DNA from: an uncultured archaeon
Lineage (GTDB): Archaea; Asgardarchaeota; Lokiarchaeia; Sigyniarchaeales; SOKP01
Assembly: GCA_964486045.1 (NCBI GenBank)
Contig: CAZALK010000017.1
Location: 1 to 64,000, forward strand
Reading direction: 5' to 3'
Length of the DNA: 64,000 nucleotides
The position numbers were made by a program, and so were the translations under genes. The notes under the pieces were generated by a model. That model was not told the origin of the DNA. It made no database searches and saw only the letters and a program-made list of their open reading frames with translations. Positions 1 through 9,379 of this stretch are shown piece by piece (positions within the stretch are counted from its first letter, which is position 1; every line of letters begins with the position of its first letter).

Positions 1-77
1 AAGTATTTTGGTTGATAATAAAGTATACATGAGAGATATATAAAATTTATTACCCCCTACATATTTTTCACCCTTGG

Positions 78-99
78 AATTTCTCACCATTGAGAAATT
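78..99. promoter_or_regulatory. Palindromic operator-like site AATTTCTCA-N4-TGAGAAATT
   Basis: 9-bp inverted repeat; core TTCTCA-N4-TGAGAA recurs at 590-605 and degenerately at 65-80. Confidence 0.5.
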
Positions 100-153
100 G
101 TGTTATTAGTTCATATGATAACGGATTTTTGATAACAACATTCTTAATTGTTT

Positions 154-489
154 TTAATTGCTCAAAAAATCATCAATCATAACTTCAATCTTTTTCAGCT
201 CGATCTTTAAAGCCGGAGTAGTTATTATAAAAAAATACCCCCCATCCTTCTTTTTTTCCGCGCCAAAATCTTGTGTTATTAGTCGCCTTTTACTTAGGTA
301 TCTTACATGCCTGTATATTGTTTTAAGGTTTGCTCCTGTATTTTTTTTAATACTATTTATAACACATCTCCCTTTTGAATCAATATATCTGTAAATTCTA
401 TAGGTTAATCGAATTCTCTTTAATTCTACAAATATTGGCAATCCTTTTTTTTTCATTTCAATCTCTTCTAAAATCATTTTAGACATCAT
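154..489 (-). CDS. Winged-helix DNA-binding protein (ArsR/MarR-like)
   Basis: 111 aa, basic; HTH-like segment INSIKKNTGANLKTIYRHVRYL followed by a wing-like beta hairpin. Confidence 0.6.
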   Translation of the reverse strand: MMSKMILEEIEMKKKGLPIFVELKRIRLTYRIYRYIDSKGRCVINSIKKNTGANLKTIYRHVRYLSKRRLITQDFGAEKKKDGGYFFIITTPALKIELKKIEVMIDDFLSN

Positions 490-589
490 ATAATACTTTT
501 AAAAACCATTTCAAGCAAAGTTATTTAAAGAAAAAAATCAAAGAAAAAATTCTTAAAAAAACTGAAATTGTAGTTTTGAACCAAACTCT

Positions 590-605
590 TTCTCACCCTT
601 GAGAA
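590..605. promoter_or_regulatory. Second copy of the palindrome TTCTCA-N4-TGAGAA
   Basis: TTCTCACCCTTGAGAA lies between the divergent 154..489 and 881..1162 genes. Confidence 0.5.
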
Positions 606-880
606 TTTTGTCACATTGTTATCAAAAAATCTTACTAACCTATCTTTAGTATTGGTATTTGTACAAAAAATAGAATCAGATCATTTAAATATAACTGTAG
701 ATTCAATATAGATTAGTAAAAGAACTAAAAGCACAATAGGAAAGGGTACGACCTTTTCATTTTCACAAAATGGGAATATTGGTTTCGAAACTAGAGTTTT
801 TAGGAGTTTTGGTTTTGGGCTATTTTTCTTTTAAATATGATTAAAATAAAGTATTTTATGAATTGGGACAGTAAAAAATT

Positions 881-1162
881 ATGGCTATAGAAAATAGTAA
901 TGCGCTTGGATCAGGCGATCTCAGCTTACCAAAGGAAGTGTTGGAAAAAGAGGTCCAGTCGGGGGTTAAAATTGAAGAGATCATATTAGATTTTTTTAAC
1001 AATCCTCCGGATATTCCACGAAGGCGATATGTAGTAGCACGTAATCAGATACTCTCACTCCATAAAAGGATGGGCTATCATCCTGAAAATATTGCACTTT
1101 GTCAATTTTACAAAAATAGAATTAAACAAATAATTAAATTAGAAAAAGGTAAGGAAAAATGA
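881..1162 (+). CDS. Hypothetical protein
   Basis: 93-aa ORF with ATG start; overlaps the next ORF by 4 nt. Confidence 0.55.
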   Translation: MAIENSNALGSGDLSLPKEVLEKEVQSGVKIEEIILDFFNNPPDIPRRRYVVARNQILSLHKRMGYHPENIALCQFYKNRIKQIIKLEKGKEK

Positions 1163-1512
1163 TAGAAAGTAAAAAAGAGTGGGTTTCAAAGTCTTTAAGG
1201 TTTACTAGAACCTTCATAGTAATTATTGCAATTCTTATTCTGATTCCTTTAATAACCTTGCATACACAATCTGAACAGAACTTGGTGCTTGGGTTGGTGA
1301 CCTTTCTTGTCATGTTTTCCCTGCCTTTATTATTCATAATTATCCCAAAAGTATATTCAGGGATACAAAATATGATCACATGGACTCGAAATACCCCTGC
1401 CGACCAAGTTGGCAGTATTTTATCAACGATCGTGTACCTTGGATTTTCAATTGCATTGTTTTTTCAAGTACTTATTTTTAAATCTTACATTGACTTCTTC
1501 CAGCATTCATAA
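1159..1512 (+). CDS. Hypothetical membrane protein (about 3 TM)
   Basis: Three hydrophobic stretches. Confidence 0.55.
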   Translation: MIESKKEWVSKSLRFTRTFIVIIAILILIPLITLHTQSEQNLVLGLVTFLVMFSLPLLFIIIPKVYSGIQNMITWTRNTPADQVGSILSTIVYLGFSIALFFQVLIFKSYIDFFQHS

Positions 1513-2290
1513 TGATTCAATAGTATTTAATTCCTATTCTGACCTAGACACAGGAACTTTCTGGTTAGGAGAGATTACAGGTGATAAATATGGCGTAGAA
1601 AGGTATTTTGAATATACAGATGATATTGATATATATGGAATTGACTCTGAAGATGTATTATTAAACTTGATTGGATACAACACAATTGATATTGTAGAGG
1701 TTAGAGGAATATATGAATATGATGAAGTAGTTCTTACAGAAGGTATTGATTTTACCATATCCGGCAATGATTATGAAATTACAATCACCGGTCCAACTAC
1801 CTTAGATAATTATTCTGATTTAATTATATCATACAGAGTTGAGCTTGAAGAAAGTAAGGTGAAGACATGGACCTTCTCCGAATCAGCCGGGTTCGAATTC
1901 TCTGAAATACTCTTTAATACTGATACAACGCCTCTTAGGTTAGACAGTAATAATTATTTAGGTACATTTTACTCTAAGTTCAACGAATCATATAGCCTTA
2001 CAAACACTGCTACAAATTTAAATATCGGATTTGCTGGAATTACCCTTGACGATGTAGAAATATATTCTATATATGATATGCAAGGACAACCGATTGTGGA
2101 CACTTATACTTTAATCATAAATGGAAATCAGGTTAATATAGACTTTACATTAACTACAGAAGATGTCTATATTGAGTATGGAATAGCTTCTTATAACCTC
2201 TCTAGAGGATACCAACAAATAGAAATGAATATGACTGACTCGGTAAGAAAGCTTTCTAAATTCCACAATTTCCATAAAATTTACAAATAA
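1409..2290 (+). pseudogene. Internal fragment of a large acidic, beta-rich surface or structural protein
   Basis: D/E/T/Y/I-rich; no credible start (overlaps the upstream ORF) and an abrupt C-terminus running into an opposite-strand remnant. Confidence 0.45.
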
Positions 2291-2390
2291 GGAATTCTTC
2301 CCCATCGACGAAGATTTTTGTCTTACTGCCTTCCAGTTTTAAAGTCAAATGATTATTGACAATAAATTCTTTTTTGTCTTGGTTATCCAT
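2256..2390 (-). pseudogene. Truncated N-terminus of a Lokiarchaeia-type domain often associated with LRR proteins
   Basis: MDNQDKKEFIVNNHLTLKLEGSKTKIFVDGEEFLICK resembles KEYRINKHLTLKLIEGQTEIYIDEKPFHQCK in ORF 48727..49938; stops after 44 aa. Confidence 0.6.
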
Positions 2391-2494
2391 CTCTAATTAT
2401 AAGACGGTGATTCAACAATTTAAAGTTATTCTCATCTCTAATTTATTACTATTTAAGACTAAATTTAAGATGAAAGTAATAAGATATAAAATAT

Positions 2495-2959
2495 TTAGAT
2501 CTGTTTGAAACCATCTTGATCTATGCTACAAATTTGTAGCTTAAATCCTGAACCAGCATCCCTTGCCTTTGAGCTTGTTATTGCCGTTTTTATTAGCTCA
2601 ATTCCCTCTTTTTTCGTCAAATTCGGTTTCCAATCAGCCTCCAACACGCCTAGAGAAAAGGGTGAGCCTGAACCGAAAGAAATGAAACTGTTCTCTTCAT
2701 ACCGAGTTCCTAACATGTCTATTCCTGTCAGTACACCAGATTGTTCCTTTTGCGAGTAACCGCCAACGATCATCATCGACATGAAAAATGAGCGACCAGA
2801 AAAAAGAATATTTCTACAAACGCTAGCAACGTATTTGGGTTCCGGTACCTCGCTTTCTTCTACTTCTTTTAGACGCGATAGGGCACGTAGCTGAGCGATA
2901 ATATATTGGCAGTCTGCTACACCGCCAGCAATTGTAGCCGCAGTAAATCGATTAATTTT
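2495..2959 (-). pseudogene. psmB: Proteasome beta subunit, 5'-truncated (no catalytic Thr1 region)
   Basis: Frame is open upstream of the listed ATG: KINRFTAATIAGGVADCQ...GSGSPFSLGVLE...RDAGSG; in-frame TGA at 2962-2960 and no TTxxG N-terminus. Confidence 0.75.
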
Positions 2960-2969
2960 TCAAGAAAAA

Positions 2970-3458
2970 TTAATCATGATTTTTTTCACTTCCATGAGGA
3001 AATATATTCTGATTCTTAAGTAAATTATTATACCAAATCATGTGATCGTAATAAAGAGGAAGTAATTTTTCCAGAAAAAGTGAACTAATATCTGAATTTT
3101 TCTCATATATTAAAAATCCATTGGTAAACACATTAAATTGAACATGGAGGGGAAGAGTTTCAAATACCGAGATCTCGATTTCCTCATAATTAGTTAAATC
3201 CGTGGATTTTACATGTAGGTTGGTTAAGAAATTTAGTTGTGTTTTAGAAGATAACTGGGGGTAGTTGGGAACAGAGATAAAAATATCTATATCACTCCAC
3301 CATTGGTGTACATCTCTAACCCATGATCCACCAAGATAAGCAAAATCTACTTTATTTTCTTTAAAAAGATGTTTTAAATTTCGAATAAGGAATTCTGCCA
3401 TTTCTTGACCAGTAAAAGGTCTATCACTTTCGCGATTTAATATGGAAATTACCATCAT
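2970..3458 (-). CDS. Minimal nucleotidyltransferase (MNT antitoxin-like)
   Basis: AYLGGSWVR...SDIDI motif (GS...DxD). Confidence 0.75.
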   Translation of the reverse strand: MMVISILNRESDRPFTGQEMAEFLIRNLKHLFKENKVDFAYLGGSWVRDVHQWWSDIDIFISVPNYPQLSSKTQLNFLTNLHVKSTDLTNYEEIEISVFETLPLHVQFNVFTNGFLIYEKNSDISSLFLEKLLPLYYDHMIWYNNLLKNQNIFPHGSEKNHD

Positions 3459-3626
3459 TTATTTAATGTTATTAATAAATTACAATTTTACATTTATATT
3501 TTTTAAGTTATAGATTTGAATGATGATAAATTAGCCAATACAATTTGGATTAAATAGTTAACAAAGAGATAGATTAAATACATATTCATCAAAAATTAAA
3601 ATTATAATTATATGGTGATCTAAATA

Positions 3627-3752
3627 ATGGAAAATTTACCAGAAAAAGTACCTCTTTATGAAATGGATATTGTTAAGGATATGGTCGGTGGTTTATTAGG
3701 AAGGGGACCAGCACAAATCGATATAGACGAATGGCGAGAAGAAATTTGTTAA
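3627..3752 (+). CDS. Small protein, 41 aa (MENLPEKVPLYEMDIVKDMVGGLLGRGPAQIDIDEWREEIC)
   Basis: GGTGA Shine-Dalgarno at 3614-3618; T-rich terminator-like tract follows; below the ORF-track length cutoff. Confidence 0.55.
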   Translation: MENLPEKVPLYEMDIVKDMVGGLLGRGPAQIDIDEWREEIC

Positions 3753-4075
3753 ATTAATAAAATTCTCTTTTTTTTTCTTACTTTTAATCGGAAATATTAA
3801 GAAATTGGAAAAAAATCTCGAGAACCGACAATCTATATGAAATTATATTAATGAAATCTGTCAATTTGAACTTATCAAGTGATATTAAAATATATCTTTC
3901 AATTAAATTATCAGATTTTAGAAGAATTGAATTATAATTCCATAATAATTTAATTTTAATAATATAAATTATTTACAATATCATAACACCTTACTTAGAT
4001 TAACTCTAAGAAATTGAGAAATTACAAAGTAAATTTTAAAAATTTAGGAGGATAGATTTAGAAAAGGTGAGATAT

Positions 4076-6052
4076 TTGTCTGGAAAACAGACCAATGAAA
4101 ATAATGAAGTTGAAAAATCAGTAATTGGAGTTTTTGTGTGTCGCTGAGGTATTAACATTGCTGGTATATTGGATGTTCCAAGAATAGTCGAAGAATTGAA
4201 TAAATTAGAAAGCGTAAAAGCATTTGAGTATCTTAGTATGTGTACTGAAGGCGGATCTACGTACATAAAAGAACAAATTGTGGAGTACAAACTTGAAAGA
4301 ATTGTAGTGGCAGCGTGTAGTCCTCGTACTCATGAGCCAGTCTTTCATGCGATTTTGTCAGAAGCAGGATTACCTCAAAGATACTTAGAATTTGTTAACA
4401 TTAGAGAACACTGTAGTTTTGTCCATCAAGCTCTTGAAGTCCGAGAAAAGGCAATATTGAAAGCAATAGATCTAATTAGAGCGGGGATAGCTAGAGCTAG
4501 GTTATTAGAGGAAGTAGCTACAAAGATAGTACCCGTAAAACCAACAGCATTAGTTATTGGGGGAGGTATCGCAGGATTATCTACTGCCGTTGATTTAGGA
4601 GACGGAGGATATAAAGTATATCTTGTAGAAAAGAAAACCACAATTGGAGGTCGTATGTCTCAACTTGATAGAACTTTTCCCACCGACGACTGTTCTATTT
4701 GAATTCTCGGTCCAAAAATGTTAGAAACAAATCGTCATCCTAATATCGAAATTTTAACATATAGTGATGTTATCGATGTCGATGGATATATCGGGAATTT
4801 TAGGGTAAAGGTAAGGAGAAATCCTCGTTTTGTAATAGAAAGCATGTGTACTGGTTGCGGTGCTTGTACAGAAGTCTGTCCTATATATCTACCTAATTAC
4901 TTTGATGAAAACCTCTCAGCTCGAAAATCTATTGATATAGCGTTTGCTCAAGCTGTACCAGCAAAATATGATATTGATAGAAAAACTTGTGTAGAATGTT
5001 TTGCTTGTATTGATTCATGTGAAGAAGATGCAATAGATTTTTCTCAACAAGAAGAAATACTTGAACTTGATATTGGTACGATTATTGTTGCAACGGGATG
5101 GGACCTATATAAAGGGGATGATTATGGATATGGCATTTATGATAATGTAATCAATCAATTAGAACTTGAAAGAATTCTTGCACCTAATGGACCAACTTTC
5201 GGCCATTTAATAAGACCTTCTGATGGTAAACGTCCGACAAAAGTATTATTCATTAACTGCGTAGGGTCAAGAGATATCAACAAAAATGCTTATTGTAGTG
5301 TTATTTGTTGTAACCTTTCTCTAAAAAATTCGAAATTAATTAAATCAGAGTATCCTGATTCTCAGATTGTTTGTACATACATAGATATGAGATGTGCTGG
5401 AAAAGGCTACGAAGAATATTATCGAAGATCTCGAGAGGCGGGGATCGTATTTGTAAAGGGATTAGTAGGTAACATTGAAGAAGATGATTTAACCAAGAAT
5501 CTCACTGTACAATTTGAACCTGTCGGAACGGATTCTGTTGTTACAATGGAGGCCCATTTAGTTGTTTTATCACCGGCTTCTCTCCCCTCAAAAGGTACTA
5601 TGGAAATTGCAAAAGTCCTAAATATGGAAAAAAGTCCGGATGGCTTCTTAAAAGAGTATCATGCTCGACTTGATCCTATTAGTACAAAAGTACCTGGTAT
5701 ATATATTTGTGGATCTGCCCAAGGACAAAAAGAGATTGATAAAGCTGTGAGCCAAGCTAGAGGAGCAGCATCAGTAGCAAGCATTCCAATGGGCAAGGGA
5801 GAATATGTCATGGAACTTATACGTGCTAAACCTTCAGACGAACGTTGTGCAAAATGTTATAAATGTATCGAAGCTTGTCCATACAGTGCCATTTCAATTA
5901 ATGAAACGGGTAATATCGTAGTAGATCTCATATTATGTCGAGGATGTGGAACATGTGCGGCTCAATGTCCGTCAAAAGCAATTGAATTAACGTATTACAG
6001 AGATGATCAGTATATGGCATTATTAGATGAATTATTACCAATTGGGGAATAA
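4076..6052 (+). CDS. hdrA: Heterodisulfide reductase subunit A, selenoprotein with 2 Sec (about 658 aa)
   Basis: ORFs 4169..4702 and 4718..6052 share a frame; UGA at 4145 (IGVFVCR-U-GINIAG) and 4700 (TFPTDDCSI-U-ILGPKM) replace conserved Cys; GGGIAG FAD motif and 4Fe-4S motifs; TTG start inferred from GGTGA SD. Confidence 0.92.
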
Positions 6053-6065
6053 AGAGGGAGAAAAA

Positions 6066-6527
6066 ATGGCTGAAGATGTTGATATAAAAATAATTGTTTT
6101 TTCTTGCCGGAAATGAGGGTATGGTTCAGCTGATATGGCTGGAACTATACGTGCACAATATCCTGATCCTATCAGAATTATACTAGTGCCTTGTGCCGGA
6201 CGAGTTGGTTCAGACGTTATCATGCGATCATTTGGAAGGGGTGCTGATGCGGTGATAATTAACGGTTGATATTTCGGAGAATGTGATTTCGAAACAGGAA
6301 ATTATTACGCTTATAGAGAAATTGAATATGCTAAGGAGATCTTAAAAGTTGTAGGTATCAATCCTGATAGAATCAAAATGATAAGTTGTACAGCAGCTGA
6401 AGGACAGAAGTTTCAAATAGAAATGATAAAATCCGATAAGGAAATACGTAAGTTAGGTCCTAGTCCTTTGCGATCGAAGAGTGGTACACAAAAAAAAGGA
6501 AAAGCTGAAGCGAAAGCCAAAGCTTAA
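6066..6527 (+). CDS. mvhD: MvhD/VhuD hydrogenase delta subunit ([2Fe-2S]), selenoprotein with 2 Sec, 153 aa
   Basis: Missing from the ORF track; MAEDVDIKIIVFSCRK-U-GYGSADMAG...VPCAGRV...GADAVIING-U-YFGECDF; UGA at 6114 and 6267; TAA stop. Confidence 0.92.
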
Positions 6528-6535
6528 AAAATAAA

Positions 6536-6595
6536 TGTGTTTACTGATGAGGCTGAGCTAAAAAAATGAGAGCTCAGTTGAAGAAATGGTTGCAC
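6536..6595 (+). promoter_or_regulatory. Eukaryote-type SECIS element
   Basis: AUGA (6547-6550), helix GGCUGAGCU/AGCUCAGUU, A-rich apical loop AAAAAAAUGAG and 3' GA (6580-6581), in the 3' UTR of mvhD. Confidence 0.85.
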
Positions 6596-6715
6596 CATAT
6601 AACACATTAAAGAGTTTTAAAAAATATCAAAAAATTTAAAAATTTATTACAAAAAGTAAGAGAAATATAAGAGGAATTTAATTTTAGTTAAGTTTATAAA
6701 TAGAGTTGGTATATC

Positions 6716-7855
6716 ATGGAAGCAAAGGAAGAATATTTAATAAAAATTGAAGATTTTCCTAAAATATTGGCAACATTATTAAAAGAAAAAATTGTTGATA
6801 AAATAATTGGTGCCAAGTTGAGGGTCGATAAAAAATCTGGTAACACAGATAGATTTACGGTTCAACCAATGTTAGCAGAAAAAGAAGGAGAATTAGCAAA
6901 CTTTCCGTTGACTCAGTTAATAGCATACGGATATGCCAGAACAGACTCAGCCTCAAAATTTCTGCATAAATCGGTTGAAGGGGCAATGAATGCTAAAGTA
7001 GGGCTAATTGCAAGACCTTGTGATACAAGAGCATTAATAGAATTAGCAAAAATTAAACAAGTTAACTTGGATAACCTTTTCGTCATTGGCATTGAAGATA
7101 GGGGTATGCTTCCCAAAGCTGGAAGAGATATGAGGAAAAATAAGGATATAGATCAAACAAACATAGTTAAGGAGAAAGTTGGTGATACAGGGCTAATAGT
7201 TAAGATGAATGATGGAAGTGTTAAAGAACTCAATCTTTCGATTTCAGAAAATTGTTTACGATGCTATCGCAAGATTCCAGTTGTTGCTGATTTAACTGTA
7301 AGCGACCTTGGAATTCCAATTGAATCTGAGGAGATTATACTGAAAGTTTACTCAGATAAAGGCAATGATATCTTAGAAAAGTCGGGTGTGAATAAAAAAA
7401 CATTACCTGAAGATGTCAAAAAAACACATGTAAACAAGTATAATGAAATCATCGAAAAAGCTAAGGAAAAACGAGTAAAAGATTTAGAGGAGTGGGACAA
7501 GCTTCCACAAGAAGATAAGATAGCGGAACTACTCAAATGTACTTCTTGCGGAATATGCGTGCGTGGATGCCCCGTTTGTTATTGTATAGATTGTATTATT
7601 AACAAAAAGAAAAAAGAAAAAACAATAGATAATGTTACCTATAATCTAACAAGAATTGCACACGATGCTGATCGTTGTGTTGAATGCGGGAATTGTTACA
7701 ATAACTGTCCTCAGAACTTACCTCTATCGCTATATTTCCAGTCGTTAAATGATGCTTTCAAGGAAAAATTCGGCTACGAAGCAGGTATGTCGCTAGAAGA
7801 CATTCCCTTCCGTTCAGCAAAAGCTATTAGTAAAATGGCTTCAGAAAAAACGTAA
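6716..7855 (+). CDS. FdhB/FrhB-family (F420-binding-like) Fe-S protein with a C-terminal 2x[4Fe-4S] domain
   Basis: ARPCDTRALIELAK..QVNLDNLFVIG motif; CTSCGICVRGCP and CVECGNCYNNCP. Confidence 0.8.
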   Translation: MEAKEEYLIKIEDFPKILATLLKEKIVDKIIGAKLRVDKKSGNTDRFTVQPMLAEKEGELANFPLTQLIAYGYARTDSASKFLHKSVEGAMNAKVGLIARPCDTRALIELAKIKQVNLDNLFVIGIEDRGMLPKAGRDMRKNKDIDQTNIVKEKVGDTGLIVKMNDGSVKELNLSISENCLRCYRKIPVVADLTVSDLGIPIESEEIILKVYSDKGNDILEKSGVNKKTLPEDVKKTHVNKYNEIIEKAKEKRVKDLEEWDKLPQEDKIAELLKCTSCGICVRGCPVCYCIDCIINKKKKEKTIDNVTYNLTRIAHDADRCVECGNCYNNCPQNLPLSLYFQSLNDAFKEKFGYEAGMSLEDIPFRSAKAISKMASEKT

Positions 7856-8040
7856 TTTTTTTATTATCTTTTTTATCCTATTTATAGTCTCAATTTCTTT
7901 TAGAAAAATTCCTTGCTCTTTAATATGGAAGAAATCCTCTTCAAGAAGACTACTTTTTCAGTTCACTAAAACTCTAAATATATCTATTTTTAATACTATA
8001 TTATATTAAAGAAATTTAAAGGAAAATAAATTGAGACCTC

Positions 8041-9000
8041 ATGTTTGTAAGAAGTTTAAATATTAAAGAATTTAGAGGAATAAAAGCATGTGATAAAACC
8101 TTAAAGTTTAGTAATTTTACAATTTTAACAGGTAAGAATAACGCAGGAAAATCTTCAATATTGGAGGCGTTATCCTTATTACCTGAACCAAATACAATTG
8201 ATTATATTACTCACCAAACCAAAATAGATAATTTACGAGAACTGCATCAAGGTTCACTAAAAGATCTTCTCTATCTTTACGCAGGAACTTCAAATTTACA
8301 ATTTGGAATTGAAAGTTCAAATGCGTTTATTGATATAAGCGAAGTTGATACTACAGCATATTGGGAAAGCAAAAACAAAGCTTTAGCAGGTAATATCTCC
8401 AGAATATTTGATGTACCAAGAAAAAAGTTACCTGAAATAGTTCTATTCGTTCCCTTTACCACATCTATACTGAGAGACTTAGAGAATAGGATGAGATCTC
8501 TTAATGAGTTAATAATGAAAAAAGGATATCATATCGAACTCGCAAATTTTCTGAATAAATGTGTCAATGATGTATATAGCGAGCTTGTTTTTCTCGAGCC
8601 TATTAGTTTGAGAAAAGTATATCCTGATAATAAAGTGTATCTCAAATTAAAGGATCTTGGATCTGGAGCTGAAAAATTGATAAAAATGATGGCTCTATTT
8701 GAAGTATTATCCCCTAGACTCATATTAATTGATGATTTTGAAGCAGGATTTCATCCCACAATGATAAAATTATTTCTTAAATGGCTGAAGAATAAAAAAT
8801 GGCAAACAATAATTTCAACCCATAGTATAGATGTGTTATATCACTTGGTTGAAATTAAACCACATGATACTACAATCATCCAATTGGATAAGTCAAATGA
8901 GGATATCCTAAGCTATGAAATAACGACTCTTATGGAATTGGAAGATTTATTAGACGCAAACACAGACCCACGTTTGTTATTAGATGCACTTCGATTATAA
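8041..9000 (+). CDS. ABC/AAA_15-21-type ATPase (OLD/AbiEii-like)
   Basis: Walker A GKNNAGKS, LGSG signature, Walker B LILIDDFEAGFHP, STHS. Confidence 0.8.
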   Translation: MFVRSLNIKEFRGIKACDKTLKFSNFTILTGKNNAGKSSILEALSLLPEPNTIDYITHQTKIDNLRELHQGSLKDLLYLYAGTSNLQFGIESSNAFIDISEVDTTAYWESKNKALAGNISRIFDVPRKKLPEIVLFVPFTTSILRDLENRMRSLNELIMKKGYHIELANFLNKCVNDVYSELVFLEPISLRKVYPDNKVYLKLKDLGSGAEKLIKMMALFEVLSPRLILIDDFEAGFHPTMIKLFLKWLKNKKWQTIISTHSIDVLYHLVEIKPHDTTIIQLDKSNEDILSYEITTLMELEDLLDANTDPRLLLDALRL

Positions 9001-9015
9001 GTTTTTAAGGAAATT

Positions 9016-9294
9016 TTGATGAAAGTTGTTGATAATTTATCAGGAATTGAATCTTTTTACTTAATAATTTCTGGCAACGGTACGTATCCAGAAAGAGTTA
9101 TATTTGAGAGTCTTTGCAAAAAATTTAATGGATTCAGTAAAGCCGTATTTTACATAAATCACCCAATCAAAAAACAAACCGGATTGGATGCGCTTAACGC
9201 GATACCATTATTTCCTAAAAAATTTAAAATTAATTCAATAATTTTCATTGTAGATAGAGAACATATTAAGAAAAATTTTAGATTAATAGGTTAA
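9016..9294 (+). pseudogene. Probably truncated TOPRIM-like partner of the ATPase
   Basis: Only 92 aa; ends shortly after IIFIVDRE; inference from gene context. Confidence 0.4.
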
Positions 9295-9379
9295 AGACAT
9301 CTTTATAATATCTTTACTCCTCTATTCTATCTAATTTTTTTGTTTAAAGTTTTTATTTCTTCAATCATTTTTCCTAAGC

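Noticed and set aside
2960-2962. Possible Sec readthrough of the UGA before the proteasome fragment
   Set aside because: Not a Cys position, the upstream peptide is not proteasome-like, and no SECIS was seen downstream.
4169-4702. hdrA as split genes or a pseudogene, as the ORF track implies
   Set aside because: The stops are in-frame UGA at conserved Cys positions and a SECIS is present, so Sec readthrough explains them better.
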